Below, piece by piece: positions 61,747-64,000 of a DNA stretch of 64,000 nt (its first letter is position 1; every line of letters starts with the position of its first letter). The stretch comes from an uncultured virus (IMG/VR IMGVR_UViG_3300046832_002586). Its lineage: Duplodnaviria > Heunggongvirae > Uroviricota > Caudoviricetes. Location: positions 1 through 64,000 of IMG/VR virus record IMGVR_UViG_3300046832_002586, one strand, 5' to 3'. Made by a program: the position numbers and the translations under genes. Under the pieces are notes generated by a model. It had not been told where the DNA came from. It ran no database searches and worked only from the letters and a program-made list of their open reading frames with translations.

Positions 61747-62557
61747 TTTTACTCCAACAGGTACTCAGACAACGAGGATTAATTCGTTTGCTCCATTGAC
61801 TCCAAGTGAAATTGTGGATGAGGTAATAGGTGCGAATGAAATTGGTATATCTATTGTTCATCTTCATGCAAGGGATGAGGTTACGTTAGAAAATACATAC
61901 AAGAAGGAAGTATATCAGAAGATAATAGAGGGGATAAAGAAGTATTGTCCTGAGTTATTGATTTGTGTTTCATTAACAGGTAGGAATTTCCCTGAACTAT
62001 CACAAAGAGCGGAGGTTCTACAGTTATATCCTGACATGGGTTCATTAACAATGTCATCATTAAACTTCCAATCAGGAACATCGGTTAACCAACCTGAGAT
62101 GATATTGTCTTTAATTAATGAGATGGACAAATACGGGGTACAACCTGAGATAGAATGTTTTGACACAGGTATGTTAAATTATACAAACTATCTTATTTCA
62201 AAGAACATATTAAAATCTCCACACCACATCAATATGATTTTGGGGAATATCTATAATGGTCAATGTGAATTTGGTACGTTATCAACAATTAAAAATAACA
62301 TACCAACGAACTCATTTACATGTTTGGGTGGGATAGGTTCACAACAGTTAAAGAGTATAACATATGGGTTATTGGATTTTGATGGAATCAGAATAGGTTT
62401 GGAAGATAATTTATATTATAGGGGTAAGGAAAAAACTACCAACATGATGTTATTAAAAAGAGCTCACAGATTGATGGATGAATTTGACATGGAACATTAT
62501 GCATCTACGGAATTAAGAAAAATGGGTTATGGAAACAAAATTATTAATAGTAGGTAA
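61730..62557 (+). CDS. beta-keto acid cleavage enzyme family (3-keto-5-aminohexanoate cleavage, DUF849)
   Basis: PLTPSEI, VHLHARD, PDMGSL, PEIECFD, IRIGLEDN. Confidence 0.9.
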   Translation: MKKIINFTPTGTQTTRINSFAPLTPSEIVDEVIGANEIGISIVHLHARDEVTLENTYKKEVYQKIIEGIKKYCPELLICVSLTGRNFPELSQRAEVLQLYPDMGSLTMSSLNFQSGTSVNQPEMILSLINEMDKYGVQPEIECFDTGMLNYTNYLISKNILKSPHHINMILGNIYNGQCEFGTLSTIKNNIPTNSFTCLGGIGSQQLKSITYGLLDFDGIRIGLEDNLYYRGKEKTTNMMLLKRAHRLMDEFDMEHYASTELRKMGYGNKIINSR

Positions 62558-63167
62558 GGGTGATAATGTCATCACGATGATAGTTGACAATTTATATTCC
62601 AACCATGATTTACTCACAATAGATGTCTACAACAATCTGAATTTAGAAGTTGTTAATAATATTTCTCATCCTGAATATAAAATCTCATTACTTCCCGATG
62701 TGGATTTTAACGATTACGAACACATTTGTTTGGGAGTGTATCAGCCAAAATTAAAAAGAATTTTGGTTGAGAAGTATAATATAAACGAAAATAAATTAGT
62801 TAATATTATTCACCATGGTCTTATTAAATCTGAGACGGTAGAATTAGGTAAGGGGTTACTTATTAATTCTTTAGTAACCATTGCGGCACACACTTGTATA
62901 AAAGATTATGTTTCAATAAACCGTAGTGTTTCTATAGGTCATCACGTTACAATTGGTAAATACTCTTCAATTAATCCTGGCACAAACATTGCGGGAAATG
63001 TAACGGTGGGTGAAGGAACAACGATAGGGATGGGGAGTAATATTATTAATGGGGTTAAAATAGGTAACAATACTATAATAGGTGCAGGTTCAGTTGTCAC
63101 TAAAGATATTCCTGACAATGTGGTAGCTTATGGTAATCCATGTAAAATAATTAGGGATAATCTGTAA
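62529..63167 (+). CDS. NeuD/PglD-like sugar O/N-acetyltransferase
   Basis: hexapeptide repeats, IGAGSVVTKDIP...GNPCK. Confidence 0.9.
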   Translation: METKLLIVGKGDNVITMIVDNLYSNHDLLTIDVYNNLNLEVVNNISHPEYKISLLPDVDFNDYEHICLGVYQPKLKRILVEKYNINENKLVNIIHHGLIKSETVELGKGLLINSLVTIAAHTCIKDYVSINRSVSIGHHVTIGKYSSINPGTNIAGNVTVGEGTTIGMGSNIINGVKIGNNTIIGAGSVVTKDIPDNVVAYGNPCKIIRDNL

Positions 63168-63168
63168 A

Positions 63169-63194
63169 TCCACTCACATAAAAGTGGGGGGTTA
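63169..63194 (+). repeat. conserved hairpin (copy 5, degenerate)
   Basis: CCACTCAC-ATAAAA-GTGGGGGG. Confidence 0.65.
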
Positions 63195-63233
63195 TTATTT
63201 GGTAATATCAATTATTTATTGTTACTTTGTAAT

Positions 63234-63413
63234 ATGATGAATACAACTACTGAAATTTTGGAAAACGCTATAAATGAAATTAAACTTTTGACTCCTGAAG
63301 AAAGACGGGAGATAGAGTTGGAAGCATCTGAGAGCATGAATAGATATATTATGGGGGATGGTGATTCCCGAGACCTATACAATTACTATGATTGTATGGA
63401 GAAATTAAAGTAA
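63234..63413 (+). CDS. hypothetical protein
   Basis: ORF between two hairpin repeats. Confidence 0.55.
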   Translation: MMNTTTEILENAINEIKLLTPEERREIELEASESMNRYIMGDGDSRDLYNYYDCMEKLK

Positions 63414-63418
63414 TTAAG

Positions 63419-63446
63419 AGACCCTCACTAATAAGTGGGGGTTTTT
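63419..63446 (+). terminator. conserved hairpin (copy 6)
   Basis: AGACCCTCACT-AATA-AGTGGGGGTTTTT. Confidence 0.8.
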
Positions 63447-63471
63447 CATATTTATTAATAAACAAATTCAT

Positions 63472-63846
63472 ATGTGGCAAGCAAACATTACAATCAATAA
63501 TAACACCGAATACAATTTAACTATTAATGGTGTTGGACCTGGCAATCAAACAATAGGACCGAACTCACAAGTATCATGGTCATCAACTGAGGTACACAAC
63601 ACCAAGAGTCTTTTATTTTGGGTTCAGGAGAATGTATGGTATATGCAAGGTAACCTTTCATTCGGTCCTGAGGCGGGAGTATATGTGGACCGTGGATGGA
63701 TGGCGGACGGTGACCAATCTATAGAGATGGTGGCTGACGCAAACGGTAAGACATGGAATCAGACATCAAACGGGGGAGAAACTCTCTTACAGTGGAACGA
63801 ATTTGAAAGTGGAGGTGATATAACACTAACCTTTAACAAACAATAA
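63472..63846 (+). CDS. beta-rich hypothetical protein
   Basis: 124 aa, N/W/G-rich; TATTTAT at 63449. Confidence 0.7.
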   Translation: MWQANITINNNTEYNLTINGVGPGNQTIGPNSQVSWSSTEVHNTKSLLFWVQENVWYMQGNLSFGPEAGVYVDRGWMADGDQSIEMVADANGKTWNQTSNGGETLLQWNEFESGGDITLTFNKQ

Positions 63847-63849
63847 AAT

Positions 63850-63876
63850 AGACCCTCACATAAAAGTGGGGGTTTT
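63850..63876 (+). terminator. conserved hairpin (copy 7)
   Basis: AGACCCTCAC-ATAAAA-GTGGGGGTTTT. Confidence 0.8.
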
Positions 63877-63893
63877 GTTGTATTTATACTATT

Positions 63894-64000
63894 ATGAGGG
63901 ATTTAATTAGGCGTATTTTGCGTGAACAAACATTGATTAATGAATTTGCTAGAGGGTCTAAGAGTAATACTGATGAGTTCATCGAAAAGGCTCGCCAAGT
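63894..64000 (+). CDS. partial leader-bearing protein (runs off the window)
   Basis: MRDLIRRILREQTLINE then ...TDEFIEKARQ (resembles DUF723-type repeats); TATTTAT at 63881. Confidence 0.6.
   Translation, partial: MRDLIRRILREQTLINEFARGSKSNTDEFIEKARQ

Noticed and set aside
57577..63876. Hairpin repeats as a CRISPR array or true integron attC sites
   Set aside because: The spacing contains whole genes, no attC core sites were identified, and no cas or integrase gene is visible in the window; kept only as cassette-boundary repeats.
1..64000. Stop-codon reassignment as seen in some jumbo phages
   Set aside because: The standard code gives full-length recognisable genes at high density, and TAG and TGA both end plausible genes.

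Overview
AT-rich, densely coding window that reads as part of a large (jumbo/huge) tailed-phage genome using the standard genetic code, most likely infecting a Bacteroidota host: TAnnTTTG promoters, signal peptides cleaved before Gln, a T9SS-type sorting domain and a Bacteroidota-like ECF sigma factor all point that way. It contains chaperone and redox genes (DnaJ, thioredoxin, glutaredoxin, cyclophilin), three DNA methyltransferases, two LRR paralogs, three giant GAQ-collagen fibres with C-terminal S74-type chaperones, glycosylation genes (GT2s, glf, acetyltransferase), nucleotide enzymes and a tRNA-Met(CAT). The most notable signals are: (1) about 14 unrelated proteins sharing a short N-terminal leader ending in [I/L]-x-E, mostly behind a TATTTAT motif, a candidate capsid-packaging tag whose cargo includes a sigma factor, a DHH phosphoesterase and an ART-like protein; (2) a ~890 nt highly structured ncRNA (GOLLD-like candidate) with its own promoter, a boxB/boxA-like leader and a terminator; (3) a secreted cohesin/dockerin/T9SS/CsgG-like/nuclease operon; (4) a conserved CCCTCAC...GTGGGGG hairpin repeat delimiting accessory gene cassettes; (5) a structured RNA downstream of a DIP1984-like gene. 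All family calls come from motif recognition by eye; no database searches were run.
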